Virus record (IMG/VR): IMGVR_UViG_3300012909_000005
Location: 1-63,888 of that record
DNA length: 63,888 bases
Source of the DNA: a virus
Taxonomy: Duplodnaviria; Caudoviricetes
Strand: one strand, 5' to 3'
The notes under the pieces were generated by a model. It saw nothing but the letters and a program-made list of their open reading frames with translations. It was not told the DNA's origin and did not search any database. This document shows positions 26,117-36,885 of this stretch, piece after piece. Numbering within the stretch: position 1 is the first letter of the stretch; each line of letters opens with the position of its first letter. A program made the position numbers and the translations under genes.

Positions 26117-29100
26117 TTGGCAGTTAGTTGAGAGTCAATATATAGAATGCTTACCATGTTTAAAAATACCAAATTAGGCGCACTTTGTTGGCTAAATTTG
26201 ACAATAATATAGTTCCCTTTTAGCTTATCCCCGTCAATCAGACCTCCCACGCTTAATGTATCATTAAAGAATGAGGCATGAAACATTGATTCCAACTTTT
26301 CAAAATCTGATGCCAACAGGTTGCTTTGTTGCTTAACAATACCGTAACTATCGGACTGCGTTTCAATCTGTGGGCAATCCCACGCTATATTTGCTTCTTG
26401 GGTGAGCGCCGAAAAGGTTTTCTTTTCCAATGCATTAGCGTTAAATACCCCTTCTATGGAAGCTCCGTATTGGGTTCCATAAAAAGAGCAGAACGTGTCT
26501 GAATTATGGGTCCATAACGCCCCGACCTTCCAGGACATAAGTAACGTACCCAACGTGTCTATCCATTCTGGCGCGTAAGAATAGAAACTCTCGAACGCCT
26601 TTTTGTTTTCATCGAAAGATATCGTATAGGACGGCTGTTGAAATATAAGCGTGGTTGGGCTGGAATATCGACTGATAGCCTCCATGGCAATGACGTACTT
26701 ATTGGTATACGCGTCGAAGGCTCCATATATTGTAGGATCGCCCATGTATGTTTCCCCAACTGGAACTATCCCATTATTCAAGGCCCTCCTATAAGCTTTT
26801 AAATTCATTACAAAGAAGGCATTCATGGAGAACTCTATGCTTATGGGCTTAACCCCGTCGAAGGACAATCTACATACAACACCTCGGTAGTCGTCGACGA
26901 AATAATCCGCAAAGTTGTTCCAAGCCAAACTTTCCGGCACTTCCCCAATACCATAATCCCCTTGGTAATATGTTATCTTGTTTATCAGTTGGGAGCTATT
27001 GGCCTGTAATGGGTTGCCGGAAACATCTTCTACAATTTGCGTCAAAATGGGAACTCGGCCAACCTTTAACCTTTGGTATACATTCAAGGCTCGGTCCCGG
27101 ATGTGGAACCTCATAATATCTCCAAAGGCTCGGTCGTATTCATCTGCGTTTTCAGGATAGAACCGGTTCGTATTATTGATATTTGTATCCTCTTGATAAG
27201 CCAATGAAAACCTATCCAAGGTTGGATAATATGTCTGTTTGGCGTTTTCATCATAAACCGAAGGCCGATTATTTGAGTTAGTTATGATAGCATACTTATC
27301 GCTGTAGGTGGATTCAATGATGGGAATTGAAATGTTGTTTACGATAGAGATAATATGCCCCGTAAAGGCTCCAATGGTGAACATATTTACACAGTAGGTA
27401 ATGTACCACATCTTGGCTCCTGCGGGAAGCTCAAAGGTAAAGTCAACAGTATATTCATGAAGTATTCCAGGCTGCAATCCGGTTTTCAGAGAAATTATGT
27501 TGTATATAATAACGCTTGCTGGTAACTGAACTTTGATGTACATAGCGAATTGGCCATTCGGGTCCACGCTATCTGTAACCGGGATAGTAAATTGAACTCG
27601 AACGTTAAAAGGAGAACCGGATTCATTATAAACCGTCCAATCTGTATCGCCGTATTGGGGAGGATCGGTATGCCCAAGGTTACTATTCCTATTGATTCCC
27701 CCTTTGATATTCCACACTCCGTTATCTACGATGGGAATACTCCCTCCGCCAGGGTTTACCCATACAGTGCTATATGTTGTTCCTTGGACATATGTACCTG
27801 TGTTGACCGAATACTTATTACTTGTCGGAACGCTTCTATAACGGTAAAAGAAATCACCCTCTGTCAGGTTGATAATGGCAGGTTGAGATAAGGTTGTCGT
27901 CTGGGTTTGTTCGGCTCCAATATGAAAAGCGTTCACGGTTCCCCACTGACCAATTGAATATTGCCGTCCGAATTCAAAATACTGTTGCGTCCCCGGGCTG
28001 CTGGCGTGTTTTACGTAGTTATAGATTAGAATCTTATAGTTCTGAAACTTTAACCCGCCAAAATCAAAGAAAGAGCTAATATCCGGTGTGGGATATTTTA
28101 TCTGCAAGAATAAACCCGTCTTGGTTTCCCCATCTGAAAGAATAGATGCTCTAAGCGCCAATATCTCATAATCATATAAGGGCAAAACGGTAGGACTTAC
28201 TCCAAATGGATAGCTCTTTAAAAATCGAATCCGATCTCCTGGCGTGAAGCTATAACCAACTGCCGGAACATTCCCGGATGCAGACCCTTGGATATTGGCG
28301 TTGTAATCATTCATGTTGTCTATCCCTATGAATGCGTACTTATTACCATCGCTACCATCTACACCCGAATAGGTGCTATTACTTACCCAAAATTCATGCT
28401 TATCATATGTCAGTTTTAAAGACCGAAGGACGTGAAAGTACTTAGCCCAAATCGGGGGACGACTGAATATACTTAGTGCAATTTGAGGGGTAGTAGTTCC
28501 CTCTGCGTCCGAGAGCGTATCTATGAACCCGTTTACCGGAAGCGTGGCCCCGTTTGTTACACCATGTTCATCAAAATATTGCAAGGCAAATTCTTCCTTG
28601 GATTGGTGCGCATAGGAGAAATGAACGTCATTAGTATTGTCGAACGTATCTGTTTGAAGTTTTACAACTTGCGCGGTATATAAAACGATATTGGTTTGCG
28701 ATATCGTTAGGGTGTTGGTGGTCTGTCCGACAAAGGAAAAACCCTGAACAAGCGCGGCAGCTTTAAGGCCATTGAGAATATCAACCGTATTGGTTGTAGT
28801 TGTCGTGCTTTGATATTGAAATTTCTTGGTGGTCCCGTTCTGTAAGGCGCAATCCACAATATAAAATGCCTTACTGTTATTAAGGGTTATGGGATTCCCG
28901 GAACCATCGTTCGTCCCTGTCCCGGTCAAGTAAATAACAATAGTATTTGTAGTCGGATCGCTATCAACCCCATTTTGAGAGGCAAAAAATAACAACCCGT
29001 TGAAGGTGGATACCGGAGGGGTGTAATTTAGATTAGTCCCCAAGGTCATATTTAAATTAACCTTATCGTATCCTTCCGTAATTCCCCCATAGATAAGCGT

Positions 29101-30090
29101 GTTCCCATTGGGAGACTCTTGGGCATTTGCAGACAAGGGCACCCAATCGAATAAAAGGACTTGTTCTTTTAAATCCCCGTAGGTATATGACCCGTCATTA
29201 TAGAACCATAATTTATAGATGGAATTATCAGGGATCGATAGGTCTGTCTTGTCTAACGATTGAATTAAAAAATATTCTCCTGTTGTATCGTTGGGGGCCG
29301 ATCCAGTCGTCGTTATCTGCCGCCCCCATAGTTCAATCTTTTGCACGGACGAGTCGCCTGTTGAAAAGCATGTCGAAATCCTAGAATTAATATTTTTGTT
29401 GGAGTCGTTTGTATCCAGAAAAGGGTTAAATGGTAATGGTATTGCACTCCCAGAGCTATAAACAGACTTCTGAAAGTCATCGTAAACGAACCTATACTTG
29501 AATTGGAATAGTGAATTTCGAAGGTTGTTTACAGTAACTGTCGTATCATTTTCGTAGGTACATTTTACGACCATTGACGGAGGCGCTTTGGCGATATCCA
29601 AATAGGACCTAACCCATGGCGTATAAACCCTATCGACATTTATATAAGAAGGTCTCCCAAGGGAGTCTATGAAGTTCACTAAATCACCTTCGTCCCGATG
29701 AATGATGTTGATGTTGTATATTCTTTTTGACGGCGTGAAGTTGAGAATATCAATTCCTGAACTATCTGTTTTACTTTCCAAAACCTTTACAACTGAGTTA
29801 GCATTAGCGTCATAGTAAAGGATTGAATGATTCCCATTATTGTTCCAAACGAAATAATAGTATCTGCTTCTTAACTTATCTGGACGGCCCCCAATAACTT
29901 TATTGATTCCCGCAGGCAGCGTATAAGGCACCAATTGATTCCCGACAATATTAGATACGATCTTGTCATTAGCCAATCCTTCACTGTCTCTTGTGATGTT
30001 GAGCGCGTCGATATAATCACCTTCCCCTATTCTGTAGGGATGATCGTCTAAGTTTAGCCGCCCGCTGAATATTTTATTGATTAATGGCAT
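26113..30090 (-). CDS. Tail nozzle/stabilization protein (P22 gp10/crAss muzzle-like)
   Basis: LNLDDHPYRIGEGDYIDALNI start; YQGDYGIGEVPESLA..YFVDDYRGVVCRLS; SFYSYAPEW; 1325 aa. Confidence 0.8.
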   Translation of the reverse strand: MPLINKIFSGRLNLDDHPYRIGEGDYIDALNITRDSEGLANDKIVSNIVGNQLVPYTLPAGINKVIGGRPDKLRSRYYYFVWNNNGNHSILYYDANANSVVKVLESKTDSSGIDILNFTPSKRIYNINIIHRDEGDLVNFIDSLGRPSYINVDRVYTPWVRSYLDIAKAPPSMVVKCTYENDTTVTVNNLRNSLFQFKYRFVYDDFQKSVYSSGSAIPLPFNPFLDTNDSNKNINSRISTCFSTGDSSVQKIELWGRQITTTGSAPNDTTGEYFLIQSLDKTDLSIPDNSIYKLWFYNDGSYTYGDLKEQVLLFDWVPLSANAQESPNGNTLIYGGITEGYDKVNLNMTLGTNLNYTPPVSTFNGLLFFASQNGVDSDPTTNTIVIYLTGTGTNDGSGNPITLNNSKAFYIVDCALQNGTTKKFQYQSTTTTTNTVDILNGLKAAALVQGFSFVGQTTNTLTISQTNIVLYTAQVVKLQTDTFDNTNDVHFSYAHQSKEEFALQYFDEHGVTNGATLPVNGFIDTLSDAEGTTTPQIALSIFSRPPIWAKYFHVLRSLKLTYDKHEFWVSNSTYSGVDGSDGNKYAFIGIDNMNDYNANIQGSASGNVPAVGYSFTPGDRIRFLKSYPFGVSPTVLPLYDYEILALRASILSDGETKTGLFLQIKYPTPDISSFFDFGGLKFQNYKILIYNYVKHASSPGTQQYFEFGRQYSIGQWGTVNAFHIGAEQTQTTTLSQPAIINLTEGDFFYRYRSVPTSNKYSVNTGTYVQGTTYSTVWVNPGGGSIPIVDNGVWNIKGGINRNSNLGHTDPPQYGDTDWTVYNESGSPFNVRVQFTIPVTDSVDPNGQFAMYIKVQLPASVIIYNIISLKTGLQPGILHEYTVDFTFELPAGAKMWYITYCVNMFTIGAFTGHIISIVNNISIPIIESTYSDKYAIITNSNNRPSVYDENAKQTYYPTLDRFSLAYQEDTNINNTNRFYPENADEYDRAFGDIMRFHIRDRALNVYQRLKVGRVPILTQIVEDVSGNPLQANSSQLINKITYYQGDYGIGEVPESLAWNNFADYFVDDYRGVVCRLSFDGVKPISIEFSMNAFFVMNLKAYRRALNNGIVPVGETYMGDPTIYGAFDAYTNKYVIAMEAISRYSSPTTLIFQQPSYTISFDENKKAFESFYSYAPEWIDTLGTLLMSWKVGALWTHNSDTFCSFYGTQYGASIEGVFNANALEKKTFSALTQEANIAWDCPQIETQSDSYGIVKQQSNLLASDFEKLESMFHASFFNDTLSVGGLIDGDKLKGNYIIVKFSQQSAPNLVFLNMVSILYIDSQLTAK

Positions 30091-30863
30091 TACGCTTTGA
30101 CTGTAATTCTTTGATTTTCAAGGTTCCACAGATATGCTTCGTCCAAATAGAAGGGCCTCCATCTGGCGTTAGCTAGTCTCCGTTCGTTATAATAATTCCG
30201 TTTGCGCTGTTCTTTGTCCCCCAAGCCGCCGCGTCTGCTATTCGGGAGTAGGGCGATGTCCAACCAAGCGATGTACCAAATCAGGGCTTCCTTGAATTGG
30301 ACCGGTAGATAGTATTCATCTGTCTTACCGTTGGGGCTGGCGATGTATTCCAGGCAGATATAGTCATAACAGAACCATTCGCTCAAAAGAATGATTCCGG
30401 CAGTCTGATCGATCTTAAAGTCTCCAAGGAATGGCTGTCCGCTGGGCATACCGTATAGATTGGTTATACCGTACCCATTCCAATAATTAAAGAATATGGG
30501 GGAATTGAATTGATACCAATCGTATAGGTGATTGTCTTCTGTTCTTGCTGCCCGATTAGGGAGCATATCGGCGAAAGTTGTTAGCTTATCGTTGTGCTTT
30601 AATGGGATCACTTCTCCCTGTTCATTGAAGACCCCCACTTTACAATAGTTCAAATAATCATCGGGGAGATTGACGGTTTTATTGGCATTGATGGGCAGCT
30701 TTTTAGACCGAATCTGAAAGAAGAAATCCAGCCCCATTTGAGTCATTCCGTCAAAAGCAATATTCCAGCACTTGTAGAATTTACTAATGCCTTGTTCGCT
30801 CCTATCCAAATACGTATTTACGCATTCTTCAACGGTTATAAAGGATTGCTTTTGCTGGGTCAT
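30090..30863 (-). CDS. Tail ring/adaptor protein
   Basis: LPDDYLNYCKV, LEYIA, VQFKEALIWYI adaptor-type motifs. Confidence 0.7.
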   Translation of the reverse strand: MTQQKQSFITVEECVNTYLDRSEQGISKFYKCWNIAFDGMTQMGLDFFFQIRSKKLPINANKTVNLPDDYLNYCKVGVFNEQGEVIPLKHNDKLTTFADMLPNRAARTEDNHLYDWYQFNSPIFFNYWNGYGITNLYGMPSGQPFLGDFKIDQTAGIILLSEWFCYDYICLEYIASPNGKTDEYYLPVQFKEALIWYIAWLDIALLPNSRRGGLGDKEQRKRNYYNERRLANARWRPFYLDEAYLWNLENQRITVKA

Positions 30864-30867
30864 GGTC

Positions 30868-31152
30868 TTAGTTTTCTTGTGCTATTAAGGCGGTATCTTC
30901 CATAAGGTAATGCTTAACGCCGTCTATCTCTAATTCGGTCCCCCACTTATGTACTCTGTGAACCACTTGCCCGGGCGTAAAGCGCATTGGCTTTTTTGCA
31001 GTCCCATTCCCGACTGCCACTACCCAAGCCTTATCGTTTTCTTCGGCGAAACTTTCCGGCACTACAATACCTCCTTCGGATACGCATTCGGAAGGGAACA
31101 ATTTAATAAGAACCTTGTCAAGAATTGGCTGTACTTTACTCTGTATCGGCAT
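30868..31152 (-). CDS. groES: Co-chaperonin GroES-like
   Basis: QPILDKVLIK...SEGGIVVPES...VVAVGNG...GTELEIDGVKHYLMEDTALIA; likely ATG 31152. Confidence 0.9.
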   Translation of the reverse strand: MPIQSKVQPILDKVLIKLFPSECVSEGGIVVPESFAEENDKAWVVAVGNGTAKKPMRFTPGQVVHRVHKWGTELEIDGVKHYLMEDTALIAQEN

Positions 31153-31360
31153 ATGATTCTTTTGCATATTGATTAATAAACCCATTTAATCCACTCCCTG
31201 ATTCAGCTAGTCGTTTCATCTCATCTACCATTTCTTCTCCTGTGCTATCATAATCGTATGTATACGTTACCCCATTCGAGAAGCTAACTTTTATAAAATC
31301 ATCTCCTATTTCGTAGGCATCGATATTTGACTTCCCGGTTGAGTTAAAATAAGGTTGCAT
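31136..31360 (-). CDS. KTSC-like small protein
   Basis: SNIDAYEIGDDFIKVSFSNGVTYTY...MKRLAESGSGLNGFIN. Confidence 0.65.
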   Translation of the reverse strand: MQPYFNSTGKSNIDAYEIGDDFIKVSFSNGVTYTYDYDSTGEEMVDEMKRLAESGSGLNGFINQYAKESYADTE

Positions 31361-31983
31361 TAGTTGTCTCTTTTATCGTTGGTTATATCTTTGGGTGTCA
31401 TTCGTTCCTTCAGCAAGTTCCGGGTGCAGTAGTCCAATGCGACCGGAAGATAGTCTGCCGGGACATTTAATTCACTGTCGAAGTCTGTCGGATCGCCGCC
31501 TGAAATCATAGTAGCCCTCCCGGTATAATCGAATAATTGTAAAGTACTAAGGACGTATACAAACTTCCCTTCTGGCCAACATAATTGCTTATTTGGTATC
31601 GGCCTCATTCGTCTGGCAAACCCAACTTGATTTTCGCTTAATGGGATAGCCGGGTCCGACAACTTACCATTGACATCCGCGAACCTGAGAATATTTAATC
31701 CCTCATTCTTCCCTATGCCAAGTGGGATTTGAGGTAGTTCTATCTTAAAAACGAAATCTTCCTCTTGAACAATGGGCAAACCTTTAAAGGTCGTGTAGAA
31801 CGAATTGTTGACATAGGAAACGCCATCGAAGGCAATTGAATCCTTATAGGCTTGTTTAGCTGCCAACCCAATCCCTGGTTCAAGCCATGTGTTAACCAGA
31901 TTGTCGGTAATAGTCCTGTCATTCGGGGGTTGCTCCCCATAAACATTTCTTACTACCATCTCTATGAATACGCCTCTTGTCAT
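31360..31983 (-). CDS. Tail ring/adaptor protein
   Basis: Post-capsid position; C-terminal DSELNVPADYLP..PKDITND typical of crAss-like ring proteins. Confidence 0.6.
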   Translation of the reverse strand: MTRGVFIEMVVRNVYGEQPPNDRTITDNLVNTWLEPGIGLAAKQAYKDSIAFDGVSYVNNSFYTTFKGLPIVQEEDFVFKIELPQIPLGIGKNEGLNILRFADVNGKLSDPAIPLSENQVGFARRMRPIPNKQLCWPEGKFVYVLSTLQLFDYTGRATMISGGDPTDFDSELNVPADYLPVALDYCTRNLLKERMTPKDITNDKRDN

Positions 31984-32669
31984 TGTCCTACGGCTTTAAT
32001 TTCGTTAGCGTATTGAGATACCATTGGAGCCTGCAAACTAACACCAAACATCTTTAAAGTGCGTGATAAAATTTCCATCATATCCATGTCATACCATACC
32101 GGATCAACGCTGTTAGCTGGATCATAAATAGGTCGTCCATTCCCATCTGGATTATAAGCCCATTTTATTTCAGGAGGGGTTTTTACATAAGATAGCTTTG
32201 CGGTCCCTAAAGTATTTGGGTAAAATCTGAATCCACCGTCTAATTTAGGGTCATCATTCCCTTCTATCAGATAGATAGGATTTGTAGCTACGGGATCAAT
32301 TTTTGACTTGATGAATGCTTGCTTTTGATGCTGTTGACAGTACCGGATAGCTCTATCATCTGTCGTCATCATAGCATCTACTTGCTGGAAATCATTGGGG
32401 TAAGAAGAAAAGCCAGTACCATCTACAGTCAGGGTGATAAACGGACCAATAAGAGGCGTTAAAGATTGCCTGACTTGCTGATTCATCCCGAACTGAACTT
32501 TTGGTACTGGCCTTTGATATTGATATTGTTCAAACTCACCTAAAAGATAATCGGTATACATAAACTGAGACATGTTAATAAAAGTATTGTAATCTGCCGG
32601 GCTGGCATATCCTTGCTGACTCTTAGCAAGCACCTTTTTAACTAATGTATACCCGAAATCTGCCGTCAT
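31980..32669 (-). CDS. Tail ring/adaptor protein
   Basis: KSQQGYASPADYNTFIN, YPNDF, SYVKTPPEIKWAY. Confidence 0.65.
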   Translation of the reverse strand: MTADFGYTLVKKVLAKSQQGYASPADYNTFINMSQFMYTDYLLGEFEQYQYQRPVPKVQFGMNQQVRQSLTPLIGPFITLTVDGTGFSSYPNDFQQVDAMMTTDDRAIRYCQQHQKQAFIKSKIDPVATNPIYLIEGNDDPKLDGGFRFYPNTLGTAKLSYVKTPPEIKWAYNPDGNGRPIYDPANSVDPVWYDMDMMEILSRTLKMFGVSLQAPMVSQYANEIKAVGQ

Positions 32670-32672
32670 TTT

Positions 32673-33557
32673 TTAGGTTGTGTGATCAGTTAATTGTTTC
32701 AAAAATGTTCTTCCTTCTTCTGAATTAGTCAAAGCTAACTCAATTAGGTATTCGGCTGCTTTATCTTTTCTTGCCGAAGGGACTTTGCATATAAACCCGC
32801 CTGCTGAAAAATGGGCCGATCCCGGTTGTCTCCCCAAATCAATTTTAGAGTCGATTATAGCCCTCTTCACCATCCAAGACACCTCCACTTCTTTGGACTC
32901 TAGTGACTCCTTAAATCGCTTCGGGTCCCTTTTGGCTTTGATTACGTACTGGGTTCGGATACCTTGTTCTGTCTTTGGTTCACCGAATTCATCATTGAAC
33001 GCTACGCCAAGGAACTGCGCATGTTTTTTAACTTTCGCAAATGGCATTTCCATAGCAATCCTCATAACCTCAATTTCCAGCATTTCTTTGGCCAGGGCTT
33101 CTTCTTCCTGTTTGGCTGGATTCCATTCAAAGTACTCCGTTTTGCCTCCGGGAACTCGCTTAGGGTTGTCTACGCAATCCCTTCTCATTCGAAGAAATTT
33201 AAGCGTATTGGTATCCCATAATGGAATTCTCAAATGCCTGTTCTCGAAAACCAGATTCAAAGGGCGGTTGTTCTCGGCGTACTCTTTAGTCACGTCTTTT
33301 TGATCTTTCAACCAGATAGAATCGATTCCGGCGAGAAGTCTCATCCTTTCTATTTTACCGGTTTCCGGGTTTATGGTATCATCAATATGATGCACATAAA
33401 CGCGCCCCCTCTTTTTTGTGTCTACCAGTTTGAATATCACAAACTTCTGTTCTGCTACTGGCGTTTCTGCGATTGCCATCTCTGAAATAGCCTCTTCTCT
33501 TGCAATTGATGCATCAAGCTCTTCCTGAGCTAATTTTACGTGTGATAACTTTGCCAT
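32673..33557 (-). CDS. Conserved post-capsid virion/cargo protein
   Basis: Immediately after MCP; likely ATG 33557; AKRDPKRF..L, IDSKI pattern as in crAss-like post-MCP genes. Confidence 0.6.
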   Translation of the reverse strand: MAKLSHVKLAQEELDASIAREEAISEMAIAETPVAEQKFVIFKLVDTKKRGRVYVHHIDDTINPETGKIERMRLLAGIDSIWLKDQKDVTKEYAENNRPLNLVFENRHLRIPLWDTNTLKFLRMRRDCVDNPKRVPGGKTEYFEWNPAKQEEEALAKEMLEIEVMRIAMEMPFAKVKKHAQFLGVAFNDEFGEPKTEQGIRTQYVIKAKRDPKRFKESLESKEVEVSWMVKRAIIDSKIDLGRQPGSAHFSAGGFICKVPSARKDKAAEYLIELALTNSEEGRTFLKQLTDHTT

Positions 33558-33610
33558 GATTATTTTTTTATTTAAGGCCATGCGGCCCCTCTGCTGCCAG
33601 AGGTATTATA

Positions 33611-33645
33611 AATAATCAGGGATGGGCTTAATCCACCCCTGATTT
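33611..33645 (-). terminator. Terminator-like hairpin after major capsid gene
   Basis: AATCAGGG...CCCTGATT inverted repeat 7 nt past the MCP stop. Confidence 0.6.
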
Positions 33646-33651
33646 TGAAAA

Positions 33652-35079
33652 TTATTGACCTGGAGTAAAGATGAACTGGTTTGCGCCACAAATCCTTGTC
33701 CCGCGGTAGCAAATTTGTTCAACGTTATCCTTCATCTGGCCATTGGTCGGGTTCCTGGAACCACCACCATGCTGCCATACGCGGATACCGTTACCGACTG
33801 TTCCACCAGCAGGAGGATCTTGGTACATAACGGTTACGTTTTTGTACGTCTTGCTTGCATCCTTGGCATCAGGAACGCTATTGCCCATTGGAAGGATATA
33901 TCCGGAATTCCGATGGAAGTCATTGGTTGGCGTCTTGCCAGTAGTATACTCCGTGTTAAACTGAGGGTACTTTTTGGCCATGAACATATATTCGTCAATC
34001 TTCATGCTCTGTACGCCGTAAGCGATAGCCGCCTCTTCGGAGTTTTCGTTCTTCCCCCACACCCATGCACCAGCAGGGAATTCTTTGAAGATGCCATCGG
34101 AGAACCCTTGGCGAAGGAAGATATCCTGCAACCACATGGCTTGTTTTGCACAACCGTTCACGTCCATGACGCGGGTAATTTCGTGCAATTTCTGGATATC
34201 GATGGTCGCGCCGATACCAACCGTTTCGCCGTCCTGACGAATTTTCGGGAACACGCCCTGAGATCCAATCGAATTGGTAAGGCCGGTATTGTTCTGCGTA
34301 TCGCCAAACATCAGTTTGAATTCCACGTTGTTCTTGTAACGGGTATTCGACTTAACGAGACCCTTGTACGTGAAGTAGCTGTAACCAGCCTGCTGACCAC
34401 CGGAAGGTTCTGTCCCAGATACACCGGAATCATAAAACACTTCGGCCATTTCTGCAAGATCGGTTGCGGACCAGCTTTCGCGCATTTCTGTAATGCTATT
34501 GCTGTACAATTGATCCAAGTGGATAAGCGGCTCAATGGAGTTAGAGGCTTCACCGGCATCAACGTCGCCAGCAAATTTCAGAATTTCACCGGCTAGAAGG
34601 CTAGTAGAACCTGCGGACGTAAAGCCCTGGGTTGATTTCTTGGGGCGAACTGTGAAAGTAAACGCATTTGGTGTGGTCGTGTCAATCGTAAGGATTACGC
34701 CTTCGATATCGGACGAAGCTACGCGAAGGGTTTCACCGACACGCAAAGGACTCTGTGTTCCTGAGTTGAAGTGATCGCCAAGAGCTAAGGTAAGCGTAAC
34801 GGTTGCGCCAGCGGCGGCGGCTACGGTACCGTTGTTGGTTACACCTTCCATGAGTTTGCCGCGATTTTCGGCCCATGTGTAGGTCTGGTTGATGGCTTTT
34901 TCCATACCTGCGTATGTCATTAACCACCATGTAAAATCCTCGTTACCGTACTTTTCTGTATACTTAGGATACAGTGCGGGTTTAAGAATCTGTAATTGAG
35001 AAATGAGCGCCCTTGTGACGCCACCGGTGATACTAATATTGCCCGGCTGCAATATATTTGATGTAGGAATACCTGCCAT
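33652..35079 (-). CDS. Major capsid protein
   Basis: 475 aa after portal and scaffold; RYKNNVEFKLMFG, GSQGVFPKIRQDG; insertion domain with LRVGET; C-ending codon bias of a highly expressed gene. Confidence 0.85.
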   Translation of the reverse strand: MAGIPTSNILQPGNISITGGVTRALISQLQILKPALYPKYTEKYGNEDFTWWLMTYAGMEKAINQTYTWAENRGKLMEGVTNNGTVAAAAGATVTLTLALGDHFNSGTQSPLRVGETLRVASSDIEGVILTIDTTTPNAFTFTVRPKKSTQGFTSAGSTSLLAGEILKFAGDVDAGEASNSIEPLIHLDQLYSNSITEMRESWSATDLAEMAEVFYDSGVSGTEPSGGQQAGYSYFTYKGLVKSNTRYKNNVEFKLMFGDTQNNTGLTNSIGSQGVFPKIRQDGETVGIGATIDIQKLHEITRVMDVNGCAKQAMWLQDIFLRQGFSDGIFKEFPAGAWVWGKNENSEEAAIAYGVQSMKIDEYMFMAKKYPQFNTEYTTGKTPTNDFHRNSGYILPMGNSVPDAKDASKTYKNVTVMYQDPPAGGTVGNGIRVWQHGGGSRNPTNGQMKDNVEQICYRGTRICGANQFIFTPGQ

Positions 35080-35118
35080 TTTGTTTATGTTTTGTAGTTA
35101 TCAAAAAAATAAAACAAA

Positions 35119-36243
35119 CTAGGCTTCCATCAGATAGGCTAACTCTTTTTCTTTTGCGTCTACGGCTTCCGGCTGGAATGTTTTGGTCGGTTCGTTGATC
35201 TGGATATTGCTTTTTGATTTCAGGTAGAGGTCCATCCGCTTTGAGGCGGCTTCATTAACCATTTTCTGGAAAACTTTCTCTTTATTCTTCAAGAGATAAA
35301 CGTCTTCCACAATGCGTTTAATGTCTGGAACTCCGTCTTTGTCAAACCACAATTCTCCAAAGAATCCACTGTAGCCTGTTTGTGCAAAAGATTCGAGTTG
35401 CGTTTTCAGAGCAGTTTTTTCATCCTCACCTACGTTATAACCGATGGCCATCTCGACTTCCGTGTCTTTGAAGGTTGCGTTATAACCGTTGAAGTTTTTA
35501 AACTCACTGCCTAATTTCGCTAAATATTGAGCTTTGTCAGCTTCGGCGTCGTCCAATTCCTTTTGGGTGGCTGCCTGTGCTTTAGGATCAACTTTTTGAA
35601 TATCTGGGAGTACTAATTCGCTTTGGTATTTAGCCAGTTCTGGCTTTGCTTGCTTGGCCGCGATGATCATTCTCTTTTCCACACGTTCGACTTCTTTCTT
35701 CCAGCGATTTTCGCGCTTTTCAAAAGCCTCTTCGGTTTCATCTTCGTCTTGTTCTGGCTTTTCCGGGATTGAGAAGTCTTCCGAAAATTGGAATGCCACT
35801 TCATCCGGCGTAAGGTCTTTGTTCTTCAAGGCCATGTTCAACTTAATGACTTCGGCGGCCTGATCCAACTTGCTTACGTCGGCAGAACTCAGCTTGGTGA
35901 TCTTGGTCTTTTCGGAGAGGTAGTTGTATACGTCTTCTTCCTTTCCTTCTTTCAGGTAGTCAAAGAACTTCTGGCTTGCCTCGTTGGCGAATTTTATTTC
36001 CGCCGGGGTCTGGGCCGCTTCTTTTAACTTCCTTAGCTCGACTAATTCCGTATTGGCTGCCTTTGCAGATTCTACGGATTCGAATCCTAGCCCTTTGACA
36101 TAGGTTTCTTCGTCGAAAGTTTTTTCTTCCGGTTCGGCTACAGGCGCTGCCGCCTTTTGTTCGGGGACTGCTCCCTCTACTAATTCCACACCATCGAAAT
36201 TATCGATGCCGTTTGTGGGAATAGTTGGCTCGTTTTGTTCCAT
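35119..36243 (-). CDS. Capsid scaffolding protein
   Basis: Highly acidic, helical; directly upstream of MCP. Confidence 0.75.
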   Translation of the reverse strand: MEQNEPTIPTNGIDNFDGVELVEGAVPEQKAAAPVAEPEEKTFDEETYVKGLGFESVESAKAANTELVELRKLKEAAQTPAEIKFANEASQKFFDYLKEGKEEDVYNYLSEKTKITKLSSADVSKLDQAAEVIKLNMALKNKDLTPDEVAFQFSEDFSIPEKPEQDEDETEEAFEKRENRWKKEVERVEKRMIIAAKQAKPELAKYQSELVLPDIQKVDPKAQAATQKELDDAEADKAQYLAKLGSEFKNFNGYNATFKDTEVEMAIGYNVGEDEKTALKTQLESFAQTGYSGFFGELWFDKDGVPDIKRIVEDVYLLKNKEKVFQKMVNEAASKRMDLYLKSKSNIQINEPTKTFQPEAVDAKEKELAYLMEA

Positions 36244-36249
36244 ATATTG

Positions 36250-36597
36250 TTAACTGATTTTGCTGAGAAATACTAAAATCTTGGTCGCGGTCGTTCCGGA
36301 CAACTGAAGATATCGGCCAATGTATTGGACTCGCCACAACCCGGATACGGCCCCTGTAGTCGCCCCAACCCCAGTATTAAGATTGATTGCCTGCACTGCT
36401 GTGAAGTTGGCGGCTGCCAACGGGGATTCACCCACAGAGCCAGTAATAGCCCCTCCGTCATTGCTGCTATTAAAGGTCACGGCTGCTGCCGGGCCGACTA
36501 ACTGGACAACCGCCGTTTCGTAGCCGGTCATATCTATATTGTAGATTCCGGTAGCGTTAAATTGGGCGGTCGCGTCAATCGTAATTCCTAGTCCCAT
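36250..36597 (-). CDS. Putative capsid decoration/structural protein
   Basis: Small beta-rich G/T/A protein between portal and scaffold. Confidence 0.55.
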   Translation of the reverse strand: MGLGITIDATAQFNATGIYNIDMTGYETAVVQLVGPAAAVTFNSSNDGGAITGSVGESPLAAANFTAVQAINLNTGVGATTGAVSGLWRVQYIGRYLQLSGTTATKILVFLSKIS

Positions 36598-36609
36598 ATA
36601 ATTAATTTA

Positions 36610-36882
36610 TCAAGTTAATGTGATTATCTCTGTGGCGTTCAAAATTCCAGGGGTCGTAGTGCTGTCAAAGCGGGCATCAGGCGTAACCGGCGTTACTTCA
36701 TAGCTATTCCCCCTGTAATCAACAGAACAGACATACCCCACTTTAGAGGATGAAGTAATGACGGCTTTTTGCCCCACCGTAACGGCACTCAATTTCGCCA
36801 ATGTCTCCGCACTATTCAGATAGACTTGGACCGATTGCCCTCTTTGTGCCGGGCTACTTATTTGGTTAATCGTTGTTGCCAT
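36610..36882 (-). CDS. Putative small structural protein
   Basis: S/T/V-rich; head module. Confidence 0.55.
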   Translation of the reverse strand: MATTINQISSPAQRGQSVQVYLNSAETLAKLSAVTVGQKAVITSSSKVGYVCSVDYRGNSYEVTPVTPDARFDSTTTPGILNATEIITLT

Positions 36883-36885
36883 AGT

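Noticed and set aside
33655-34596. 313-aa + strand ORF and other antisense ORFs (e.g. 37978..38673, 14466..14996, 32785..33303)
   Set aside because: Shadow frames opposite strongly supported capsid, portal and fibre genes, explained by codon bias.
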